Source: Hemiscyllium ocellatum
Taxonomy: Eukaryota
DNA length: 64,000 bases
Assembly: GCF_020745735.1 (NCBI RefSeq)
Contig: NC_083412.1
Span: forward strand, 49,045,181 to 49,109,180
Direction of reading: 5' to 3'
Shown here: positions 49,390 through 62,532 of the stretch, one piece after another
How the letters are laid out: every line of letters starts with the position of its first letter
Position numbering within the stretch: position 1 is the stretch's first letter
Notes under the pieces: model-generated
What the model was told of the DNA's origin: nothing
The model's input: only the letters and a program-made list of their open reading frames with translations
Database searches by the model: none
Program-made: the position numbers and the translations under genes

Positions 49390-49712
49390 TGGGCCAAGTG
49401 CATCTGGGGGGGGCGGGCACAGTGGCTCAGTGGTTAGCACTGCAGCCTCACAACACCAGGGACCCAGGTTCAATTCTAGCTTCGGGTGACTATGTGGAGT
49501 TTGCACATTCTGCTTCGGGTGTCTGCGTGGGTTTCCTCCCACAGTCCAAAGATGTGCAGGTCAGATGGATTGGCCATGCTAAATTGCCTGTAGTGTTAGG
49601 TGCATTAGCCAGAGGGAAATGGGTCTGGGTGGGTCACTCTTCAGAGGGTCAGTGTGGATTTGTTGGACTAAAGGGCCTGTTTCCACACTGTAGGGAATCT
49701 AACCTAAAAGAA
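49390..49712 (+). mobile_element. HE1/V-SINE-type SINE nested in a CR1 3' end (49270-49800)
   Basis: SINE head cacagtggctcagtggttagc and tail ccacactgtagggaatctaacc. The CR1 text gggccaagtg..aaatgggactagat is split around it. Confidence 0.85.
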
Positions 49713-49799
49713 AAATGGGACTAGATCAGTTTAGGATATCTGAACGAGTTGGATCGAGGGGTCTATTTCCATGTTGGACAAGACTATGATTCTATAGCT

Positions 49800-50080
49800 G
49801 TATGACCCTGGATTAGTAATTGGGAAGTCCGGGCTATTGCTCTGGAGACATTCATTCAAATCTGACCACAGCATCTAGTGTAACGTAAATACAAATTAAT
49901 AAAATCTGAAATTGAAAGTTAGTTTCATTATTACCACTGAGACTATCATTGATTGTCATTAAAACCTATTTAATTCACTAATGTTCTTTACAAAGGAAAT
50001 CAGCCATCCTTAACCAATCTGATGTACATATAACTCCAGACCATAGAAATGTGGTTGACTTCCAACTGCCTTCTGAAATG
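49800..50080 (+). mobile_element. SINE of the 1885-2230 family
   Basis: ctggattagtaat..ttcaaatctgaccac..aaggaaatcagccatcctt..ctccagacc..ctgccttctgaaatg. Confidence 0.6.
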
Positions 50081-51074
50081 ACTCTTATCTCCATTGTCAA
50101 TCAAAAATCTACCTAATTCAACCTTGAATAAATTTAAAGACACAGCCTCCATTACATTCTTGGAAGACGAATTCCACACTCTGATGACACTTGAGAGAAA
50201 AATGTCCTCCTTTGTTTTAATAGGGAGAGCTGATATTGTTCAACTATGACACTTAAACGTATTTGTGTTCCGCAATTTGAAAACCTAGTTCCAGTCTCAC
50301 TACAATCCTCTTGTGGCTTCACGTATTAGACTTGAACAACTGCAGATGGTTAAAACCCTAAATGCAAATCCAAAATTATTTTCAGAAAGCAGAACTGTTT
50401 TTTACTCACAATTCTTGATATGTTTAAATGAATTAACAAGAATTGCTACAGGCTAATGAACATAAGATAAGCAGCATATGGCTGTAATTAGTTGATAAGT
50501 ATTTTTTATTTGCAACATTCTAGTGTTGCAGTGCTTAACCACACCCCAATTGGATCAATTCCACCCACCCGTCTGTTTTCTGTCTATTAGTGTAAAATAT
50601 TATATAATTGTTCCAGCAAAATCTGTACTGATTATTTTGGTGGAAGATACAATAGAGACTTAAAATATGAACAATAAATACTATAGATTCCACCAGAAAG
50701 TAGAAAGTCAAAAAAAATCCACATGGAGGAAAATAATGGAACAAACTTGAAGGGCCTATTGGATGATAGTTATGTTTTTCCAATGATTCTGAGAATTGAA
50801 AGGCAAATTTGAGACTCTAGGATATGTTTGTTTACCTCTGAGCCAGGAGGTGGAGTTCAAGTCCCACCTGCCCTGGTGTGAAGTAGTATCTCTGAATAGA
50901 TTGATAAGAAAATACCTAAGATACATTTATACCACCTCAGGCCATTTAAACCTCAAGTAAAATTAGTCAGACATTGACATTATAACATATGTATTCCAGA
51001 TTAAACTGCTGCCAGTATTTAAAATTCCACAAATTTTAGTTCCAAGAAGTTGCTCAATAAAACTAAATACTAGA

Positions 51075-52148
51075 CTAGATGAGATTAAAGTTCACAAGAA
51101 GGAGGTGTTAGCAATTCTGGAAAGTGTGTAAATAGATAAGTCCCCTGGGCCAGATGGGATTTATCCTAGGATTTGCTCGCAAGCCAGGGAGGAGATTGCA
51201 GAGCCTTTGACTTTGATCTTTACGTCATCATTGTCTATAGGAATAGTGCCAGAAGACTGGACGATAGCAAATGTTGACCCCTTGTTCAAGGAGGGGAGTA
51301 GAGACAACCCTGGGTAATTATAGATCAGTGAACCTTACCTTGGTTGTGGGCAAAATGTTGGAAAAGGTCATAAGAGATAGGATTTTTAGTTATCTAGAAA
51401 GGAATAAGTTGATTAGGGATAGTCAACACGGTTTTGTGAAGGGTAGGTTGTGCCTCACAAACCTTGTTGAGTTCTTTGAGAAGGTGACCAAACAGGTGGA
51501 TGAGGATAAAACTGTTGATGTGCTGAATATGGATTTCAGTAAGGCTTTTGATAAGGATCCCCATAGTAGGCTATTGCAGAAAATACGGAGGCATGGGATT
51601 GAGTGTGATTTGACGGTTTGGATAAGAAATTGGCTAGCTGAAAGAAGACTGAGGGTGGTTGTTGATTTGAAATGTACATCCTGGAGTTCAGTTACTAGTG
51701 GTGTACTGCAAGGATCTGTTTTGGGTCCACTACTGTTCGTCATTTGTATAAATGACGTGGATGAGGGCATAGAAGGATAAGTTAGTAAATTTGCAGATGA
51801 CAGTAAGGTTGGTGGGGTTGTGGACAGTGCCAAAGGATGTTGCAGATTACAAGTGGGACATAGATAAGCTGCAGAGCTGGGTTGAGAGGTGGCAAATGGA
51901 GTTTGAAGTGGATAATTATGAGGTGATTCACTTTGGAAAGAGGAACAGGAATACAGACTACTGGGCTAATGGTAAGATTCTTTGTAGGAGGCTCACCAAC
52001 TTTAAGTGCATTTAAATGGTCATTGGATGGGCGTATGGATGAAAATGGAATAGTATAAGATAGATAGGCTTCAGATTGGTTCCACGAGTCGGTGCAACGA
52101 GGGCCGAAGGGCCACTGCTGCACTGTAATGTTTGATGTTCTATGTTCT
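51075..52148 (+). mobile_element. CR1 LINE fragment, internally deleted
   Basis: ORF 51271-51780 has GNYRSVNLT, RDSQHGFVKGR, DFSKAFDK and QGSVLGPLLF; tail atgttctatgttct. Confidence 0.92.
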
Positions 52149-52564
52149 TAAAACAGGAGTTTCCATCAGTACACTAATTGCCAAACCAGGACAATGCAGC
52201 TTATGTGCTTATCACAGCCTTTGCTCAAAAATGAAGAAAAAATAGAATTCTGAAGATGAGATGACTGACCAGCCTTGATATTGACAAAGCATTTGACTAA
52301 TTATAGCATCAAGGAATGGAGGGAGAACTTGCATTGGCTGGAGTTATACATGAAACAAAAAAATACGATTTTGAGTGTTAGAGAAAAATCACGTTAGCCC
52401 AGCCATCACCGCCGGAGTTTTCCAATGACCTGTGACAACCATCTTCAGCTGCTTCCTCAGTGGCCTTCACTCTATCATAAAGTTAGAAGTGAGAATATTT
52501 GCTGGTCATTGTTGTAGCACTTCAGGCCCACATGAAGCAAAACTATTCAGAGTTGGTCTGAGAA

Positions 52565-52825
52565 TGGGTGGCTTGGTGGCTCAGTGGTTAGCACTGCTAC
52601 CTCACAGCACTAGGGACCCGGATTCAATTCCAGCCTCGGTCGACTGTCTGTGTGGGTTTCCTCCAGGTGCTCTGGTTTCCTCCCACAGGATTAATGTTCA
52701 GGGATGTGTAGGCTAGCAGCATTAGTCAGGGAAAATGTAGAGTAATGGGGGTGGTGGGATGCTCTTCGGGGGGCTGGTGTGAGCTTGTTGGGCCAGATTG
52801 CCTGTTCCCACGTTGTTGGGATTCT
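52565..52825 (+). mobile_element. HE1/V-SINE-type SINE nested in an old LINE fragment (52300-53075)
   Basis: ggtggctcagtggttagcac head and gcctgttcccacgttgttgggattc tail; LINE RT text resumes on both sides. Confidence 0.8.
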
Positions 52826-55800
52826 AAAAAACAAACTATCGAGTGGTATTTGTGCTAAACAAATGTCAAATACTCATCAGCCGCAACCACAAAGAATCCA
52901 ATCATCTCCCCTTCACATTCCATGTTGTTACCATTGCTCAATTTCCCAACAACATTCTGGAGGAGTCACCATTGATCAGAACCTAACTATACCAACCTGC
53001 ACAATGATCAGGTCAGAGGCTGCGAACTCTGTGGTAAAGAACTTGCATCCTGACTACCAAATCCTATTTACCTTCTTTTAGATAAGCTAAAGACTCTTTT
53101 ACAGATCCATCTGTCTCACATGAGAGCTTATCCCTACTGTGTGTGAGTTTTCTTGTTTTTCACAGGTTGTAGACATCTCTGCCAAGGCCAGCATTTGTGG
53201 CCCATCTCAAATTGTCCTGAACTCAATGGCTAAATAGGCCTTTCCCAGCCACTGAATGATATGGACAATGGCAGGACACTTGGGAAAATATGATGAGATG
53301 AGAAGACTAGATTCCTAATGTAAAGAAATTAAAATTCAATTATCGACTGAAGGTTTCAATGGCTAGATCAGAATCTCATTATTAGAGGGCAGCAAGGTAA
53401 CTTTCTGCATGCATTAGCATCTCATTCTTACTTAATCTCACTTCTTTCATAGCAAGTTGCTAATGGCAATGTTTAAAGAAAAACATGCAGGTTTCTATCT
53501 TCCCAATTGTTGGAGAGGAAGTAGATAGACCAATTCTTGATATAAATATCTGAGTGGGTACCTTATGCCCAGTGCTCTCTGGATCTTTTCCAGGCATCCA
53601 CCTTGGCCATCATTCCCCAAAATCCAAATCCTGCTCCAAAGGCAGTGACCCATCTACACCCTCTGACTACAGAATCTGATATCAGCAAAGTACCAGCCTC
53701 ACCACATCAACATGGCACAGTTCAGACACACTTATAGTGCAGTACTGGAACTCACTGACTCCTTGTAAGCAATTCTTATACTACACAAATGAATAAAAAT
53801 AACAGAACATTTAAAGAAATCATCAGCAACTTTCAGATTAGTTACTTATTAGTTTTTAACTGGTTGATACTTAATCAGAAGTGTTTAGTGAATTGTACAG
53901 TTATTTAAAGTTGCTGAATTCAACATACAGAGAGTAATTTGGCACATGATGATGAACATCACTCTGATTTCAAAGATCTGGCCCTGGAAGACCTAACTTA
54001 TGACAATACCATTTCAACGTTGGTGCAGGAGCCTGGATTGGCTGACTGACCAGCAATGGCAAAGGGAATGATGGTATAGCATTAAACGCAAGACAGGGGA
54101 AGACAGCAATTTCAAGCTCCATGGAACACTGGTACTTTTGAGACACCATGCCTTTTGAGCATTGACATCCACAGTTATGATGGTGGCAGACTGAGCTTCA
54201 AAGAGAAATCTGCATTTTCAGGACTTCAGTCTGAGCTTTCACCACAGCACTCAGAGTTTGGGTGCTTTGCTTTGGTTCTGTAAAGGAAGCTGATACATCA
54301 TCCAACTTACTAGGCCCTGCAAGTGTTCTAATAGGGTTTGCAACCATTTTCTTGCTGGAAAGGATAGGTTCTGCAAAGCTCTGCGCGAAGATGACACTGT
54401 CTCTTGCTCCCTGAAATGACCACAGGCTTTCTGGCAGGTGTGTCAGTGCATTGAGCATCATTTTGCTGTACGCTGCCCCGTTGAAATCCCTATTTAATAT
54501 TACTGCAGTAAGCTCCAGAATGGCCTTGCTCTTTGAGAGCTGGCATTTTGTCCTGCACAGGCTCCTTGTGTCTGATGTAAGATTCCATCTCTTTTCTATC
54601 TCCGAAGTGTAAACTGGGACAGTTGTTGAGCTGAGCTGACTATGGTGAGTATGGGAGTGTGTGACATTGTTTCTCCAAATAGCTCCCTTCTTCTTTCACT
54701 TTCTTCTTGCTTTTCTTTGCTGTCTCTTTCTCCTTTTTCACCACTGACTGATCAGGTGATAGCTCCTGGGTTTCTGAATAAAGAGAGCCACAAGGGTATG
54801 CTTGAGGTGGAGCAACTGTGGGTATTGTATGCTTGCATCATCTAGGTAAGTAGTAATTGTTCGATAAAGAAGAAATTGAATATGAGAAGGAAGATGAAGT
54901 TAGAAGATACAGTCATCTTTAAATAGTTTCAGCCCCACTGCTTTCCACGGCCTCAGTGAAGCTTTTCCAATGGTAGTGTGCATTGTTGTTTCTATGGATA
55001 TGGAGACTCGCATGATTGACTTGGCTTAGGTCCTGCTGATACTGTGTCCTACAAGAGAAATGAGTGTACCAATGAGTGGGGTGCAATGTGTTTGCCTGAT
55101 ATAGTCATCATGAATTATTGACAGCTTGAGCAAACTGAGAGATATAGGATTGAAGCTTACAGCAGTACCATGGTTGTGCAGAAGAGGTGAAACTGTGAAA
55201 GTTGGGTGTGAGCTCTGATTGGATGAGGTTATTGATCAGTGAGTAATTGTGGTTTGGGTGATTGTGGTTTGGGTGAACTGAGTAGTGGCTGAGACCACTG
55301 ATGTAGTTGGTGGTACATGACATTTAAAGATGCAGTCACTGACCCCATCAACGTGTGTAAGGACATTGAACTTCTTTCATCATTGCATCAAAATCCTTGC
55401 TGCCACAATCCTGGCATTGACCACTGCAACTATCTGCACCTCCTGCCTTCTGATAGGTTGTCAACAGAGCCTCCTGCCCCTTTGCAGTGGATGAAATCAC
55501 TCCTTATTCTATAACTTCTGAACAACAGTTTCTGATGTAGTGTTAGAAAATCTTAGAACTCACACTGTGCCACATTGTGTCCTATGTTCCCTCTTCTTCT
55601 CCTCTGCACAGACCTTCAAAGTCTGTACACCACTGCGAATAGCACTGCACACTGATCAGTGAGCGCAGATCCTCAGGGCACTGGGAACGTTGACTGTGTC
55701 ATAACTTAGCATTTTTCTTGCAAAGATTCTATTCTTCAGCCAGTTCCAGATCATGCAACAGTCACAAAATGCTCTTCTTGTTTGAGTAGTGCAGGTTTGC

Positions 55801-56085
55801 TTTAAATGATGCAAGCCTCTGAAGACTTTGCTCCTCTGCTCAGGCATGATGCTATTCAAAAGTATACTTAACACTGGCTGCATGCAGAAATCACCTAAGT
55901 AAGCTAATGGCATTATACTTACATATCACCTGTTTCAGAAGCAATAGTTGTGTGTTAAACACATATAATACTGTTCCTTAAAAATATTCTTGAGCTTAAC
56001 ACATTTCACAGCCAGTGTTTCTCAGCATTACACATATGAATTAAAATTTTACTAGTTTGGCATGTGGAAGGAGACAAATTATTAT

Positions 56086-58529
56086 CATAAAGCGCAGCAG
56101 GTCAGGCAGCATCCAAGGAGCAGGAGAATAAACGTTTCGGGCATAAGCCCTTCTTCAGGAATGAGGAAGGTATGCCAAGGAGGCTAAGATAAAAGGTAGG
56201 GAGGAGGGACTTGGGGGACGGGCGTTGGGAATGCAATAGGTGGAAGGAGGTTAAGGTGAGGGAGATATGCCGGAGAGGGGGTGGGGGCGGAGAGGTCGGG
56301 AAGAAGATTGCAGGTCAAGAAGGTGGTGCTGAGGCCGAGGTTTGGGACTGAGATAAAGTGGGGGGAGGGGGAATGTGGAAGTTGGAGAAATCCGCATTCA
56401 TCCTTTGTGTTTGGAGGGTTCCTCCAGGCGTCGTGTTGCCGTGGTCTGGAGATGGAGGAGGACATGGACCTGCATGTCCTTGGCAGAGTGGGAGGGAGAG
56501 TTAAAGTGTACCACCAAGGGGCGGTTGGGTTGGTTGGTGCGGGTGTCCCAGAGGTGTTCTCTGAAATGTTTCACAAGTGGGCGGGCTGTCTTCCCAATGT
56601 AGAGGAGGCCACATCGGGTGCAGCAGATGAAGTAAATGATGTGTGTGGAGGTTCAGGTGAATTTGTGATGGATATAGAAGGATCCCTTGGGGCCTTGGAG
56701 GAAAGTGAGGGGGGAGGTGTGGGCGCAAGTTTTGCATTTCTTGCGGTTGCAGGGGAAGGTACCGGGAGTGGAGGTTGAGTTGGTGGGGGCGTGGACCTGA
56801 CGAGGGAGTTGTGGAGGGAGTGGTCTTTCCAGAATACTGATAGGGGAGGGGAGGGAAATATATCCTTGGTGGTGGGGTCTGTTTGGAGGTGGCAGAAATG
56901 ACGAAGGATGGTATGATGTATCTGGAGGTTGGTGGGGTGGTAGGTGAGCACCAGAGGGGTTCTGTCCTGGTGGTGATTGGAGGGGTGTGGTTCAAGGGTG
57001 GAGGAGCAGGACGTGGAGGAGATGCGCTGGAGAGCATTGTCAACCACGTCTGAGGGGAAATTACGGTCTTTGAAGAAGGAGGCCATCTGGGTTGTTTGGT
57101 ATTGGAATTGGTCCTCCTGGGAGTAGATGCGGAGGCGAAGGAATTGGCAATATGGGATGGTGTTTTTACAGGGGGCAGGGTGGGAGGAGGTGTAATCTAG
57201 GTAGCTGTGGGAGTCGGTCGGTTTATAGTAAATATCCGTGTAGAGTCGGTCACCTGAGATAGAAATGGTAGAGGTCTAGGAAGGGGAGGGAGGAGTCTGA
57301 GACAGTCCAGGTAAATTTGAGGTTGGGGTGGAAGGTGTTAGTAAAGAGGATAAACTGTTCAACCTCCTCGTGCGAGCACGAGGCAGCGCCGACAGAGTCA
57401 TCGATATGGCGGAGGAAAAGGTGGGGTGTGGCGCACTGGGTATGCAGCTACACTGTCACCACCCCACACCTTTTCTTCCGCTCCATCGCATATTCCCAAT
57501 TCCTTCGCCTCCGCCGCATCTGCTCCCAGGAGGACCAAATCCAATACCGAACAACCCAAATGGCCTCCTTCTTCAAAGACCACAATTTCCCCTCAGACGT
57601 GATTGAAGATGCTCTCCACCACATCTCCTCCACTTCCTGCACTTGAACCCCGCCCTTCCAATCGCCACCAGGACAGAACCCCACGGGTCCTCACCTATCA
57701 GTGCTCAGGAAAGACCACTCCCTCCACGACTCCTTCGTCAGGTCCACTCCCCCCACTAACCCAACCTCCACTCCCGACACCTTCCCCTGCAACCGCAAGA
57801 AATGCAAAACTTACGCCCACACCTCCGCCCTCACCTCCCTCCAAGGCCCCAAGGGATCCTTCCATATCTGTCATAAATTCACTTGCACCTCCACACACAT
57901 CATTTACTACATCCACTGCACCCGACATAGCCTCCTCTACATTAGGGAGACAGGCCACCTACTTGAGGAACGTTTCAGAGAACACCTCTGGGACACCCGC
58001 ACCAACCAACCCAACCGCCCTGTAGTGGTACACTTTAACTCCCCCTCCCACTCCGGCAAGGACATGCAGGTCCATAGCCTCCTCCATCGCCAGACTATGG
58101 CAACACGACCCCTGGAGGAAGAGCACCCCATCTTCTGCCTAGAAACCCTCCAACCACATGGGATGAATGCGGATTTCTCCAGCTTTCTCATTTCCCCTCC
58201 CCCCACCTTATCTCAGTCCCAACCCTTAGACTCAGCACCTCCTTCTTGACCTGCAATCTTCTTCCCGACCTCTCCGCTCCACCCCTCTCCGGTCTATCAC
58301 CCTTACCTTAACCTCCTTCCACCTGTCGCATTCCCAACACCCCTCCCCCCAAGTCCCTCCTCTCTACCTTTTATCTTAGCCTGCTTGGCACACCTTCCTC
58401 ATTCCTGAAGAAGGGCTTATGCCTGAAACGTCGATTCTCCTGCTCCTTGGATGTTGCCTGACCAGCTGCGCTTTTCCAGCAACACATCTTTCAGTTCTGA
58501 TCTCCAGCATCTGCAGTCTTCACTTTCTC
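56086..58529. mobile_element. Penelope-like element, ~2.4 kb, inverted configuration with TSD
   Basis: Minus arm ~56090-57430 includes RT (HIDD) and GIY-YIG parts; plus arm is ~57470-58529. TSD caaattattat at 56075-56085 and 58530-58540. Confidence 0.9.
58401..58436 (+). ncRNA. Minimal hammerhead-like motif (mirror copy at 56131-56163 on -)
   Basis: AUUC-CUGAAGA-A-GGGC uuau GCCU-GAAA-CGUC-GAUU. Confidence 0.6.
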
Positions 58530-58842
58530 CAAATTATTATTATAGTCTAAGGATTAACTTGTTTTAGTCTTGATCCTGGAAGGAAGTGATACAGGTTGGT
58601 AATATTAGCTTGAATTTTCTTTGAAATTCCCACCAACTTTTGTCACACCTCAAAGAGGAAGCTGGCTATTTTCCTGTTAGTTACAGTGTCCTAAATCATG
58701 AATACACACAGCAAGCACTGACTTTCAATCCACAAAAACCAAAAGAAAGGAAATAACTCACCAGCCAGATCCGTTTTTTAACAAGGGTAACATTGCACAC
58801 TCCTTTTGAAAAGTCATCTGATGTGTACACCCTCAAAGTGAT

Positions 58843-59005
58843 GAAGTCAGAAGTCACACAACCCAGGTTTAGTCCAACAGGTTTATTTCCTTCACCTGAC
58901 GTAACAGCAGTGCTCTGAAAGCTTGTGATTTCAAATAAACCTGTTGGACTATAACCTGGTGTCATATGACTTCTATCCACCCTAGTCCAACACCGGCATC
59001 TCCAC
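58843..59005. mobile_element. Fold-back PLE-derived element (family of 8754-8932), opposite orientation
   Basis: gtcagaagtcacacaacccagg and cctggtgtcatatgacttct arms; terminus gtccaacaccggcatctccaca. Confidence 0.8.
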
Positions 59006-59169
59006 ATAAAGGTAATGAGTGAGTGCAGAATACTTATGAAATCATTACAGCACATAGAGAGCATTTTGATGCATTGTGTCTGTGCTGGCCTTCCTAAGGA
59101 GCTATGCACATGCTCCCCACTCCATACCCCTAATCTGTAACACTGCATGTCTCTTCAGATATTTATATT

Positions 59170-60600
59170 TAGGAAATGTAGAAAAAAATATAAGGTAGAA
59201 GGAGCCCACTCTGCTTAATGTGTCTGCACCTGCTGCAAAACAAGCTAACCATTCTAATCCCGTTTTCTCGCAGTTGGGCTGTGACCCTTGATGTAACAGG
59301 ACTTCAGCTGCAAATCCAGGCACCTTTTAAGTGAGCCGAGGGGTTCTGCCTCTACAAATCTTTCAGGCCATGAGTTGCAGACTCCTACCACCATCTAGCT
59401 GAATCAAAAAGTCATCTCCTCCCAATCCGTCTACCAGTCACTTTAAGTCTATGCCCTTTGTCACTGGTTGGTTTACCAAGGTAAGTAAGCATTTCTCATC
59501 CACATTGTCCATGTTGCTTTCAACCTTGTGCACCTCTGTCAAATACCCTAGGCAAAAGTGAGGACTGCAGATGCTGAAAATCAGAGTCTAGATTAGAATG
59601 GTGCTGAAAAAGCACAGCAGGTCAGGCAGCATCCGAGGAACAGGAAAATCAATGTTTTGGGCAAAAGCCCTTCTTCAGGAATGAGGTTGGGAGACTCCGG
59701 GGTGGAGAGATAAAGGGTCCTTGCCATCATTCCTGATGAAGGATTTTTGCCTGAAACATCGATTTTCCTGCTCCTCTGACAAATACCCCTGAGCCTCACC
59801 TATTTCAAGGAAAACAATGTCAGGATATCCAATCCTTCCGTATTGCTGCAATTTTTCGGTCCGGGAAACATCCTTGTGAAGCTTCCGAGTATCCTCTCTA
59901 CTCTTTCCAGAACGACCTGACCAGAATTGTATACACAGTATTCTAGTGTTTTAAAAACGCCAGCAAAACTTCCTTGCTCTTATTCTATGTCTCAGCTAAT
60001 TAAAAAAAAGTATTCAAAATGTCTTTTTTAACCATGTTATTGATCTATCCCACTACTTGTAGTTATCTGTGGAAACCCACTCTGTGGTTCCTCTACATTG
60101 TCCTTTGCTTGGTTCAATTTCCTCAAATGTATCACCTTCTACTTCTCCAGGTTGAATTCCATTTGTTACTTTGTTTATAACCTCCTACAATCTGTACCTT
60201 TGCGCCTGACTATCAATCATGTGAGCAATTTTTCTGTCATCTGCAAACATCTTGGTCATGCCACTACATTTCAGTTTAAATCATTAAGGTGTACCTCAAA
60301 GGGAAGGAAGACCTAGTACTGTCCCCTGTGGAACCCCACTGGAAGCAAAACCACCTGTCAGCATTCACCCTTTGCTTCCAGCCACTGAACTAACTTTATA
60401 TTCGGTTTGTCACATTACCTTGAATTCCATGATTTTTACTTTTAATTAGAACTACGTGGAACCTTGTCAAAAGCCTTAATAAAATCTCTATATACCACAT
60501 CAACTGCATTATCCCCATCAATCCTCTTCATTACCTCATCAAAAAATTCAATTAAGTTATTAAAGTTAGTCAATCTCCCCTTACCAAATCCGTGTCAGCA
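59170..60600 (-). mobile_element. Old CR1 fragment containing a PLE hairpin
   Basis: Antisense CR1 blocks tcatctgcaaac, ccctgtggaaccccact, aaagccttaataaaatc. Confidence 0.7.
59549..59772. mobile_element. Short fold-back PLE-derived element with 16-bp TSD (1 mismatch)
   Basis: cctctg(t/a)caaataccc at 59533-59548 and 59773-59788; two opposed hammerhead-like motifs. Confidence 0.85.
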
Positions 60601-60934
60601 ACTCTGAATTATTTCATGTCTTTCTAAGTGGCAGATTGTCCTGCTTCTCTTAACCCACCAGTTTGCACAAGACTAGCTGTTCTGTACTTACTTAATCCAT
60701 TCTGTTTGCAATCTTCCGATTAATTTTGATTTGTCAACTAACTTCAGCTTCCCTTTTTAGTTTGTCCTGAAACTCTAATTAAGGATAGAGATCAAGTGGG
60801 TTGTCTGTTTATGGCTGCATTGAGACTCAAACTAATTCCATCAATGGATTGGGCATTGCTTCTTCAACCCAATCCTTTACCTGTTAAACACATGGATGCA
60901 TCTTCAGTGATAGAGCAATGAAGTGGCCATGTTT

Positions 60935-60936
<2 letters not shown>

Positions 60937-60984
<48 letters not shown>

Positions 60985-60990
60985 GGGGGG
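60937..60990. repeat. Compound microsatellite: (TG)16 running into a 23-G tract
   Basis: Read directly; the last G of the TG array is the first G of the run. Confidence 0.9.
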
Positions 60991-62532
60991 ATGCTGGGGT
61001 GGATTATCTGCGGACTTACTAGGCTGCTCTATGACTTCTATGACTTCTACTTACCACCTGACAGCTGGTGTGAGGGATTAGGGAGCTCACAAACATTGCT
61101 ACAGAAAGGTAGTCGATTTCCTACCTTTGAAAGCCAAAGAAACCATCAGAAGAATATTAGCCCTGCCACGGTGTCCTCTCCTCTGCCAGAGCAATATCCT
61201 TTAAAACCAACAACCTTTTGGTGGCGATGTGTTTACCTTGCATATAAAGTAACCTTGATTACTAACTTATATTGTAGTTTGGGTCTTTCCATTTAAGGAA
61301 AATTTGAGATTGGCGCAGAGGGGTATTATAGTGTTAATTCTTTAACAGCTTAGTGGTGCCAAATTTACGAATTACTGCAGCTTTAACATTTGGAGGCAAA
61401 ATAACCAACTACAGAGTACATATTTCACTCTTTAAACAATGAATTTAATGTCAAATATCCAGTCAAATTTGCTCAGTTTCAGGTAGAGGTGTCTGTAAAG
61501 TGATAGTGGCAGAATCACATTTCTGTCAGGCTCTAGAAGGCATGAGAAGGCATGAAAAGGTTTTGGTACTTTAGGGCCTGTATTGGGCACTCTCTGTTCC
61601 TCTTTTTAAATTTTATAGTTTTCCCTCTGAACAATTGTATCATCCTTTAAACATGGTAAAATGTGTACCTCATGGTCGAACAATTATACAAATTAATTTT
61701 CAGGGGCAGTTGAACCTGTCCCTTCTGACCCAGAGTGAGGATAACAATGTCATAGTGAAAGGTTTGTTCTTTGTGGCCTGGTGAGATCATAAAATAATTT
61801 AACACTGCAGGAGATCCTTAGGGTAATGGATATTCCACACAAAATCACAATCATGTGCTTTCACAGATCGCTTATTAAATGATTACATTGATTTACTGCA
61901 TTTTGTTTTCTTACTTCCGAATTTACTCATTTGCTTATAGGTAATTCATTATATTTCCCTAGGCAGTAGTAAATCATCTGACAACTCAGGAGGACGTTCC
62001 ACTTTTAACTACTAACCACAAGCAATTTAACCTAAAACTAGGGTTACAAGTAAAAGAAAAACAGACAAATGGGCAGGGACTGCAACTATACATTGATTGT
62101 ATTCTCTGGCAAGATTATAAATTAGTTTAAATTATAAATTACACTTTGTTATTTGCAGAAAAAACGATCACATTGTTCATTTAATGTACTTTTAAAAATT
62201 ATTTCGGTATCCATTCATTAATTTTAAGTGGTTAAGATTTCATGTAACATAATGGGTAATGCAATGTTATGTTTATATGTTTATTGTGTAGTATCAGTAC
62301 CATTGAGAAGGTATTTACTGCATAAATGTAAAATTGATTAAAGTATTATTGTTTCCAGCATAACAAATTCTGGAAACATAGAACTTTATTCTGGAAACAC
62401 AGAATTTGGAATTTACTTTCAAGTGCTGATTTAGATAATGTCACAGCTATTCAAGTGATTGTGTCTTGTCACAAGTTTTATTCAGTAAACTAAAGTGTGA
62501 AATTTTTATATTCTATAAATTGGTCACATGCA

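Noticed and set aside
56184-58249. Many overlapping Pro- or Gly-rich ORFs (also 27007-28362, 62524-63777)
   Set aside because: Alternative frames and strands of decayed Penelope-like elements; no host-gene signal.
60940-61296. 118-aa ORF
   Set aside because: Begins in the TG/G microsatellite; low-complexity artefact.
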